The notes under the pieces: generated by a model
Told to the model about the DNA's origin: nothing
The model's input: the letters and a program-made list of their open reading frames with translations, nothing else
Databases searched by the model: none
Assembly: GCA_002189035.1 (NCBI GenBank)
Contig: NEEC01000004.1
Location: 4,774,001-4,838,000 of the forward strand
Direction of reading: 5' to 3'
Length of the DNA: 64,000 bases
Origin: Utricularia gibba
Lineage: Eukaryota > Plantae > Magnoliophyta
Program-made: the position numbers and the translations under genes
In this document: piece after piece, positions 27,555-37,355 of the stretch
Layout of the letters: the number at the start of each line of letters is the position of its first letter
How positions within the stretch are numbered: position 1 is the first letter of the stretch

Positions 27555-28478
27555 TCAGCTGCCGTAGAGAACTCTGATTCCCTGAATGTCATCTTCATGT
27601 AATCCCCTTATTTGTCCCCGGGAGACCGTAGGGTACATCAGTGCATCTGGAACCGAGCTATGTCTTAGCCCCAACAGGTGCCCGATCTCATGAGCTGCCA
27701 CAGTCTCGAGATGGAAAGCAGTTGCATCCAAGCCGATGGACCAGGTCTCGGAGGCGTCGTGGTGCATTCTGCCATCCGTTGGAGCGAAAGCGTGGGCGAG
27801 AACTCCACCCGGCCCGTCGAAAGGATTGCCATCACCATGCTCAAATGTGGCGAAATCTATCGATATATCACCGCCAGCCTCAACCCTCAGGAAGCTGAAG
27901 CGTGTGGCAGCAGCCCATGTCTGAAAAGCGCGATCAATGGCCGGGATCGCGTCTGCCGGGACGTTGCTCAGGTACATGTAAGTCAGCAGTGTTTTCGACG
28001 GCGGCCACCGCGGCGTTCCGGGGAAAAAGGAGAAGCTTGCCACTCTTCCGTGCACAGTTGAGGTGTTAGTGTGCTGCATGAAGTTGGTTCCGTTTATGAT
28101 GTCCGCGCAGCCGCAGCGTGGGCGGACCATGGCCGCAACCGTGTCGGCGTCGAGCTGCCCCGTCGGACGGAGGTCATAGTTCCGTTGGTATCGACGGATG
28201 GCGGCGGCCAGAGCGCGATCGAAGTAGTCATCATCAGCATGCAGCTTGTGTTTGTACTCGAGGTAACCAAAGGTTTCAAGGTACTTCTTGACATCCAGAA
28301 TTCCCTTTGTATTGTTACCCCTGTGACATCCCTGAAGCTTCTTTATGAAATCAAATGGAGAAGAAGAAGAATGATGATGGTCATGAGGATGATGTTCATG
28401 TTGCAGCTCTCTCGCAGCTACATCCAGAGAGCAACACACAGCAACAAGAACAAGCACTGGAAGGAGTTTGGGAGCCAT
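27555..28478 (-). CDS. Matrix metalloproteinase (metalloendoproteinase), intronless, 307 aa
   Basis: Signal peptide, PRCGCAD cysteine switch, HEIGHLLGLRH zinc motif, ALMYP Met-turn. Confidence 0.93.
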   Translation of the reverse strand: MAPKLLPVLVLVAVCCSLDVAARELQHEHHPHDHHHSSSSPFDFIKKLQGCHRGNNTKGILDVKKYLETFGYLEYKHKLHADDDYFDRALAAAIRRYQRNYDLRPTGQLDADTVAAMVRPRCGCADIINGTNFMQHTNTSTVHGRVASFSFFPGTPRWPPSKTLLTYMYLSNVPADAIPAIDRAFQTWAAATRFSFLRVEAGGDISIDFATFEHGDGNPFDGPGGVLAHAFAPTDGRMHHDASETWSIGLDATAFHLETVAAHEIGHLLGLRHSSVPDALMYPTVSRGQIRGLHEDDIQGIRVLYGS

Positions 28479-29999
28479 TGCAGGAATAAGAGCAAATCCT
28501 ACAAACTGTGTGTGATGCTAACTCGGCTGGATGAGCGAGTATTTATAGAATTAAAAATACGAATTCAAATTAAATAATATATTTAAAAAATAGTGTAGGA
28601 CTTGGAGTTATTTGTAGACCGGCCCAACGTTATTTGGAGTCACTTCACAGGTCAAGAAGACTCTTCCCTTACCAAAGATCGATCATAGACCCAAACTTTA
28701 TGCTTTTAAAAAATAATTTGAGTAAAGTACAAATTATCTCTTTTTTTTGTGAATCGAATAATTTCATTATTAAATATAAATATTCAAAATTTAAGAATAA
28801 TAATAATATTTTTTAAAAAATTATATACCTCAACTTATACTTATAAAAAATGATTCAAAATTAGTTTTTTATTACATATAAACGATTTAAATTTAGAAAT
28901 GATTTTTTATTTTTAAAAATCATAGAAAAAGGATATTATTCTAAGAACCAACTACTATTCAACGGGTCCGGTTCCAATCTCTACAAGACAAAAACAGTTG
29001 AAGACTGGGCCAACAGAACCCATTTGGAGTCTTTGCCGGGTCACGGTCCCACGGATAAAAAACGCGTGGAAATTGTATTGATGCAAACTATTGAGCTAAT
29101 ATAACTTCAAATCATATACGAACGTATGATCAGTTCAAGCATTGCCGAGTGATTGGGGTGCTCAATGAAACAAAAATTGGAGTTGAATTGGACAGGGGCC
29201 GCGCGAACGCAGGCCACCCGCTGGCACAAATTATGACGTAGGATCGACCGCTTAGGCCGACCTTGGGCTTGCGCCCCTCCGAAGTGCAATGGAGGTCACA
29301 AGCCCAAGTCATGGGCCTTCTTGATCACCCATAGACTTTGTCCAGGTAAGTGAGGATTGAGATACTAGTCCCTCTTCTTAAATAACCCGCGTTTACTCCA
29401 TAGGTAACTTTGTAATCCGATGTGGGACAACAGGTCTCCAGTTCAATCAATGGTGCTTGAAGTAACAAAATAGTATATTATATATGTTATCTTTACCAAC
29501 AGTTTTGATTCTGAAAAAGTATTTTAAAAATAATTTTATTATAAAATATGAATAATTTATATTTCAAAAAAATATTTAAAAATGTATAGAGAGTACATTT
29601 GTTAAAAGCAATTCTGAAAAAGTAATTTCTGTTTATAACTATTTGAAACTCTTTGTAATTTAAAGTTGTGATTCAAATGATATGATATAAAATTAATTTT
29701 CAGATTATATAAATAGAATCAGTTTGGAAATTGTAAGATTATAGTGCCGGATAGTATAAATTATATTATAAAATTTAATAAAATAAATGTATATTCTAAA
29801 TTTAAAATTATATTATTTGATCATAAGGAGCTGAGTGACTTGGACTGATGAGAAGTTCGAAGCCCATTTTAGATGGGCCACTGACCCATGTGCATGTTCT
29901 TGTACGGAGGCCCACAAAGACTGAATTACCAGTCGCTGGACAGCGATGTCCCTCGGGCTGTCGAGTGAGAGAATCGGAAGTTTCCTTTTCTCGAGTAAA

Positions 30000-30986
30000 A
30001 TGGGGCTGTTCGCCTACACCGTCGCCGGCGGCGGAGCGATTCTGATTGGGGTTTGGGAATCGGTCTCCTCCGCTTCGGAGGCCGTCGCAAAAGATTCGCA
30101 CTTAGTGGCTTCCTTGCCACAATCTGTAGCTAGCGGTAAACCGAAGGTGGCGTTGTTCTCATCGACGACTACACACTTGTTTATCTTTGTTCTCTCCGCG
30201 CTTTTCATTGTTAATTCGTTGATTTGTTTGTCTGACGCTGTTGGTTCCAAGGACAACATGGGATTCGCTTCACAGCTCCAAGTGATCACGATAGCCTTGC
30301 TCTTTCTCCTGAATTCCCTTTTAGGATTTTTCTCGAACACCATAAATTCATTTCGTTTTCCCAAAAAGCTTCTGTTTTTAATGGATGCATTCGCTTTCGG
30401 AGAGGAATTCTTGCTGTTTTACGCTCATGTCAAGGATCCTGGTGGAGTTGAAAACCGGTACTATAATCTGATCTTGGTACCTATTGCCATATGTCTCTTC
30501 TCCACGCTGCTTGAGATGAGAAGCCAGAAATCAAGATATGCAAGAATAGGGCGTGGTATCGGGTTCATACTGCAAGGAATGTGGACTGTGCAGATGGGTT
30601 TTTCGTTCTTCACAAAGATGATTGCTGATGGATGTGCTCTGGAGCAAAAGAGCAGAGCAAATTTCACCATTACATGTAAAGGGCACCCTGAGTATCATCG
30701 TGGTAGTGCCATGGCAACACTTCTTTTCAACTGTCATTTGGCAGTTTTTGTTACTTTGAGCATGGGGTTTTATGCTGTTTGCTCTAAGATCAATGGGATC
30801 GACCGGGAAATTACGAAGTATGAGCCGATCAGAGGGGAAGTGCAACCTGATGATCATGGCAAGTTCACTTTGGAATCTGATGATGAAGATGGGGATTGGA
30901 TCAAGGAAGAAAGAAGTGTGGAGATGCAGAATTCAAGAGTTGTAGTTTCTTCGGAGGTCACAGCAAATGGCCATGGCTCCCCTTGA
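30000..30986 (+). CDS. DUF716/TMEM45-like multipass membrane protein, intronless
   Basis: MGLFAYTVAGGGAILIGVWES..., several hydrophobic segments, LQGMWTVQMGFSFF, HRGSAMATLLFNCH. Second ATG (30000) taken as the start. Confidence 0.75.
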   Translation: MGLFAYTVAGGGAILIGVWESVSSASEAVAKDSHLVASLPQSVASGKPKVALFSSTTTHLFIFVLSALFIVNSLICLSDAVGSKDNMGFASQLQVITIALLFLLNSLLGFFSNTINSFRFPKKLLFLMDAFAFGEEFLLFYAHVKDPGGVENRYYNLILVPIAICLFSTLLEMRSQKSRYARIGRGIGFILQGMWTVQMGFSFFTKMIADGCALEQKSRANFTITCKGHPEYHRGSAMATLLFNCHLAVFVTLSMGFYAVCSKINGIDREITKYEPIRGEVQPDDHGKFTLESDDEDGDWIKEERSVEMQNSRVVVSSEVTANGHGSP

Positions 30987-31323
30987 GTTTTCAGCTGGTA
31001 AAAGAACCTCAATTCTTGTATGTTGCAGTTGCTGGTGTACACTATTTCTATGAAGAAATGAGAAGACACTCTTTTTGTTGCTTCATTTGCCTTTTTTGAT
31101 CGAAACACAAAGATGCACAACGATGAAAAGCTCCACAACTCAAAGCATGGAATATAAACAAATTGGGACATGACATGGAACAAGTTTCTTCTTCTGCATC
31201 AGAAACACAGAACATGGAGCTAAAGATGATAAATATGAATTCAGCAAATTTGCGAGTTCTGAATAACACACAGAATGACATAATGAGGTAGCAGAGGTTT
31301 CCCATAGCAAACTGTTTCAGATT

Positions 31324-32994
31324 TCAATCACTCTTATCCACTTGGGAACCAATTTCCTGAAGATAATGTTCTGCATCTAATGCTGCCATGCATCCTGCAT
31401 AAGTAACAAGGAGATGACCCGGAATTCTTGTGATGATTTATACGAAATGTGATGACAACAGACGGATAAGCTCACACAAACACTCGTATTGAAACTGAGC
31501 ATGAAGGTAATATGGCAAAAGTTCCTTGTATCTTATCCATAGAGGGATTTGAAAGACAAATGTATTCAGCAAGTCATTCCTATATTCTTCTAGTCATTAT
31601 GCACTATTCCTTATTCCTTGCTCACATAATACAAGATCACAACAACAAGCCAAACTAAGTTTAGAGTCCAAGGAAACTTCACCAGAAAGAATACTTAACA
31701 TCTGAATATTCCTAAAGAACAACAGAAAACAGATAAAGCTCACGTATTATGCGTATCATATTTGCTGCCAAAGCAACCGTTTCAAAAAAGAAACAAAACT
31801 TAAACAACATGATATGATTAAAAGCAAGTCAAAAAACAATCAAAGATGGTTAACTCTGGTAAGTCATTGAAGCTAAACCGATGAATCGAAGCATATACAA
31901 GGGGATCACATGTGACAATAGTGAATGAACTTTCGTGAATGAAATGTTCAGAACTTACCAGAGCCAGCAGCAGTAATAGCCTGCCTGTACTTCTTGTCCT
32001 GAACATCACCAGCGGCAAAAACACCCTTAATGCTGGTCAACGTGGAACCAGGCTTTGTGACAACATATCCATCAGAATCAAGTTCCAATTGCCCGTCAAG
32101 AAACTTAGTGGCAGGTTCGTGTCCAATTGCAAAAAACAATCCGGAAACCTTCAAATCCGAAACTTCACCGTTTTCTATATTCCTTACCTTCAACCCCTCC
32201 AGCGATCGATCTCCATACGCCTCAGTAACAACCGAATTCCACAAAACCTCAATCTTGGGGTTAGAAATTGCCCTGCTCTGCATAATTTTTGACGCTCTGA
32301 ATTCATTCCTTCTATGGATTATGTAGACTTTGGAGCCATACTTTGTCAAGAAATTGGCTTCTTCCATAGCAGAGTCACCACCACCAATTACAGCCAGGGG
32401 TTTATTACGGAAAATAGGTGCGGCACCATCGCATACAGCACAAGCGGAAATCCCACGGTTCCAGAAGCTCTCTGAACCAGGAAAATGGAGACGCTTAGCA
32501 ACAGCACCCGTTGCTATTATTACAGAATCAGCAATAACAGTCCTCGCATCAGCAAAGATTTTGAATGGAGTCGCCGAAAAATCAACTTTTGTAACAGTCT
32601 CAGTAAATATTTGTGTCCCAAATCGGACAGACTGCGCGCGGCACCGGTCCATAAGCTCAATCCCCCCGAGCCCATCAGGAAACCCCGGAAAGTTCTCCAC
32701 TTCAGACGTCGTGGTCAACTGTCCCCCCGGCGCGATGTCGTTCGCCATCCAGCCCTCGAAAAGAATCGGCTTCAACTCAGCCCTGGCGGCGTAAATAGCG
32801 GCGGTGTGAGCCGCTGGGCCGCTGCCAACGATGCACAGACGCGTCCTGAGAGTCTTCAGATCATTTTCCATAGCGGAGATCTTCGGAGAATCGGCGGCCA
32901 CGGCGGCTGTGGTTGTCACGGTGGCCACGCAGAAAAAATCGCGGGTTTTTCCAAGTCTTCGCAAGAGCTTCGCGAAGCGGCCGTTGTAGGCCAT
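31324..32994 (-). CDS. NTR: NADPH-dependent thioredoxin reductase (NTRA/B type), 368 aa; exons 32994..31959 and 31394..31324
   Basis: [27 protein letters not shown] redox motif, AITAAGS|[16 protein letters not shown]. Second in-frame ATG at 32871. Confidence 0.95.
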
Positions 32995-33689
32995 ATAAAC
33001 GAGAAAATGTCAAATTTCAGTTTCAACTTTCAAAACCCCCATTTCAGGGCTATTTCTAAGCCAACCAAAGGCCCAATATTCAATTAAAAAAGCCCAATTA
33101 ACCCACGTTATTCATTGCTACACGCATCCAATATCCCCTTCCACGTGGCCAACTACCTCCTTTTTTTTATTCATTTATATATGATTTTCTCATTATCAAA
33201 AGTACATTTTTCGTATTTTATTTCACTTAAAATAATATGTACTTTTAAATCCATTATACATAATTAAAAGTTAAGTTTATATATTTGAATTTAATTATAT
33301 GTAAATTATATTTATTTTCATTTAACTAATTAAACTAGGTTTCGAAGATCGTTTTAAGTCGACCACCCCAAATACATCATTTGTATATTGAGTTATATAT
33401 AAATCTGGCCATCTTATCTTTATTTTTCATAGGTTAAGACACAAAAAACCACATTTATATTGATCAATTTTCTAACATACATATCACAAAATAGTTTGAT
33501 ATGTAAATCATTGTTTCCGTGTATGTTAAATATAAGAATACTTTATAATTTTCGAAAAAAATGGGAATTATTAAACGATATTTTTGAAATTCATTAATTG
33601 TGATAAAAAGATAGAAATAAAGTACTTGCTTTTGTGGGTTGAAAACGACGAGACGAAGTTATTGATATTAAAAAATAATAAAGAATTAA

Positions 33690-35200
33690 ATTGGGCGAGC
33701 TGAGGGGAGAAGTGGACTCCTGCACTCACCATGACCACTGCCTTCATTTATTCAGGTTCTTTTTCTGCTCAGTCTGGAAAGAGACGTTGCATTGCCAACA
33801 AAGAAACAGTAATCCCTCTCCTCCAAACTGCCCCATTCCGATCATAACTCCGAAACCAGCACCAAACCACACACACAAACCCTAGGAGAAGCCAGCAGCA
33901 GCATGCATATATTTGCTGTCTTGCAGATGCTACCATCTGGTCCACCCTCGAAGCGCATTGGGTCGATTCTTGGGCAGACAGGGAGGGAACCAGAGGTCTT
34001 CTCCTCGCAAAGGATATGCTTTTTGGGCTAATGGGTTGGTAGCATCTCGTTACAGATTATGTGATATGAATGTGGGGTGGCTTCTGCTCCTGCGATGGGA
34101 GTTTATTAGCTTGGCTTAATTGGGAAGATCAAAGTTTTCAAGGCCTGTATTGTATGGGAGGATTGGGAAAGTGTCTAGTATTGCGAGTGACAGGAGAGCA
34201 GGATCCATGGCTCACGTGTTGCGATGGACGCGTGCTGCACATTTATGTGCTAAAGTTGAGATCCTTTTGTTTCAACTAGAATGGCGCTTCCAAGTACAGC
34301 CTTTTAGAAATTGGGATGAAAAAAAATGGATACAGAGACTGACTGATGTCAGGCTGCTATAAATGTAGTAGTATTCACCTCGTTGAATGCACCCAACTAA
34401 AGTCCCTCACTTCGAGATTACACCCTTGCTGTGATCATATGTATGAGGCCTGTTTTCGACTTCTTTACTTCCCATATACTTCATTCTGAAACGAAAAAAA
34501 GGATGATTCTTCTGCGGTGTAGCGTGTGGAACTGTGAACCTAGGAAAGAGGACGATAATGGGTTTTCTAATCTTTCATCATTGTGATAGAATCAAGGATA
34601 ATGGTTTGGATTCAACCTAATTTTACCGCATAATGGAATGATGCTCTCTGTTAACTCGTCTACAAGGGACATGTACAGGGAGGTAAATGAAGAATTCTGA
34701 GGCTCTTCCAACTACTTGCACAAGCAAGCCAAAGGGATATGCACATCATGAATTGAAAATGTTCCCCTTTCAGCACCCAAAGAGCCGCCTTAAGTCAAGG
34801 GGAAGAATCCACAGGAAGCATCTGGAAGGAGAAGATGAAAAGAACTGCACACAATTTGTGAACGCAACATATCGTGCACAGTCCACTGAGAAAATGTCTT
34901 GAGCGAGAAGTGAAAGCGGAGGAGTCAACACTGGGGCCTCTGAAAATGTAGTTTTATAACGTGGATCACAGTAAACTTATACAAATATCATACAGAACTC
35001 ACTACAGGATTCACCGAATGTCTGTGCAAGAGCGTAGGAACAGTTCTTGGCTCTTACATTGATGAATAGTTTTAACCGGAACGAAAAAAAGAAAAAGCTT
35101 GTAAGAACTGACTGCGAGGTTCTGAAACGAGAGGACCCATCTCCATAAATTTGGATCAGTTACGGAGTAATCATCTTTGACTCCCATGGCAGCGGGTTAT
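33690..35200 (+). ncRNA. Candidate non-coding transcript containing a miR482/2118-type site (possible PHAS/TAS-like locus); boundaries are guesses
   Basis: No recognisable ORF. Telo-box AAACCCTA at 33877, acceptor-like TCTTGCAG at 33926, and TGTATGGGAGGATTGGGAAAGT at 34151-34172. Confidence 0.3.
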
Positions 35201-37355
35201 CCCACCTGAAAATAATTACAGCTGATCAACCACTGTGAATAAATACCCCAACGAGTTAAATTAAGGCAACCCACTTTTACTTTACCCTCCACCTGAGTTA
35301 ATTAGAGGAACCCCACATGCGTTATTGTGTTTACCCTTATTCTGTTAACGGAGTACCCGTGATCCGCCCTGCCGTCACCTCCGTGCGCGGTGGTGGGGCT
35401 TGATTAAATATCTGGTTTCCAGGACGGGCCTCATTCGGTTAAAGAGAAATTGATTCCTATGTAGAGCTGGGGAACCTCTATCGAACTACCATTGGTCAAG
35501 ATCGTATTTTTCGTAGCTAATCTATTCAATATACAAAAAGAATCTCTATGGAGCACCAAATAGGGGGATGGGGAAGATGTGGATCTGGTAATTGCTTAGA
35601 TTCCCAAGTTTGGCGGAACATGGCAGCATGGTTGAGAGAGTCATCTCCACTATACTAACCATAAAAAAATATTGGAAGTAAAAAAGGAAGAAGGATTGAA
35701 TTTTTATGGTTGAAGTTATTTGATTGAATACAGTTTTGCTTTGCTTTTGTTGCATCAAACTTTCAAAATCTGGAAAATCCAAAAGAGATGGTGCCATCGT
35801 TGCAGCTGGGGAGTGGGCCCAATTCCCTTTATTTCCAGGTAGCAGCAACTTGGACTCGCACAGTTCATCTTCCATTTCACTGCAATTCCATCACCGCTCT
35901 CCGACTAGAAATCAAGCTTACACTTTTAGTAGCAAAATAGCATATTTTTTTGCGTGAACTTAAATGGGCATCTCGAAAAATGCTCTCTTGGTTCTTCGCC
36001 TTTTCTGGAATTCAGTTTCAGTGAGTGAAGCACATTCTTTTGTTCCATTTAGTTGAAATGGTTTAGTGGGTTCTGGGTTTTGTTTTTCAATTTGATTTTC
36101 CTGTGTTCGTGCGTTTGGAGACGATGTATTGAGCTGAGGTACGAATTTAAAGCCCAGATTTTGGACATGGGGGAAAAGGGGTAAGAGGAAGGAAAAAACC
36201 GAGTCTAGGTATGGACCTCATCGCCATAGCCACAAGGTCCACATTTCTTTAAATTGTTAGCTCCATTATTAGCTTCCTAGCTTGCTGAAGTGATAAATTT
36301 TGCTAAAAAATTGTGATATATATGATGCTTCTTCAAGGAAAAAAGGTACAGTTTCCAGTATGGCTGGAAAGGAACCTCTTGCTTATTGATTATGGGGAAG
36401 ATTTGTGGGTGTACATCTTCTGTAGCGTGGAGTACAGCCACCAGGAAGTATACGAAAAAGAAAAAGTCGGGCACTGGTTTCTCGTTCATCTTCTCTTTCA
36501 TCGTCATGATCATTACTATTATTTTATATTTTGTCATGGTCCGTACTCTGACAGCGACCACTGAAGGATGGGGGCACATGCTTCCTGTTAAATCTTTTTT
36601 TATGGGACGGCTGTGATCGGGATACGGTGAGACCAACGGCCAGGATTGTTTTTGTCTTTTGCTTGATCGTTCCTCCGATGATAGATAGCCCAGACTGGAG
36701 TAGAGGGGAAGGGAAAGAGAGAGGGACACTCGTTCCACTGCTGAGAACCCCATTTTTTTTTTCTTTTGGTTTCTTTTTTTTTTTGTTAGTTTGCAATTTA
36801 CACACTTTCTCTTTCTATGTCTATTTGCCATCTCTCTACCTCTCTCTACATACACAGAGTTGTTCTCTATTTCTCTCTCTTCTTGTGCTATGCTGTTTGC
36901 TATCCACCACCCCCCTGGGAGTTACTGCCACCAGGTCGACCTTTGGTCGGGTGGACTATAAAAAGAGAATAAATCCATGGCTTTACATTTTTCTCGCACT
37001 TGATTTCCTTGAAGAAAGCTGATTCTTCTTGCACTCCCTAGATTTTTCTTGGAGGTAAAAAAGCTGTAAGACAGCGATTGCTTGGAAAAAAGCTCTCAAC
37101 TTTCAGGGTTGTGACAATTTGTTTCATGGGGTTGCCGGGGAAGAAGAGGAACCAGATTGAGCTGGGCTGAGGATGTTTTTTGAATTCTTCTTCCTTCAAA
37201 GGTTTGCTTATTTTGATTTGGGGGTAAATGTTCAGAATGCAAGTAACTAGAAGCAGATTTGTTGAATTTTAGTTGTTTTTTGCTACTCTCTTCTTCAGGA
37301 CTTCGCTTGTCATTACTGGGATTCATACATATCTGTGGAAGCTACTGCTGGAAGA

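Noticed and set aside
29220-29460. Possible solo-LTR relic (GATGTGGGAC, ...CAA TGGTGC PBS-like end)
   Set aside because: No second LTR, target-site duplication or coding remnant could be identified.
34151-34480. MIR482 precursor (pairing of 34151-34172 with CTTCTTTACTTCCCATA near 34460)
   Set aside because: Only ~9 contiguous pairs and ~300 nt apart, so there is no proper miRNA/star duplex.
35546-35875. 109-aa minus-strand ORF (MEDELCES...)
   Set aside because: No motif, and its centre is a low-complexity AT-rich translation.
33700-35900. TAS3 or TAS4 locus upstream of ARF8
   Set aside because: No tasiARF core (TTCTTGACCTTGTAAG) and no miR390 or miR828 site was seen.
36277-37022. ORFs of 192 aa (minus) and 131 aa (plus) upstream of ARF8
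   Set aside because: They arise from poly-T and CT-repeat leader/promoter sequence.
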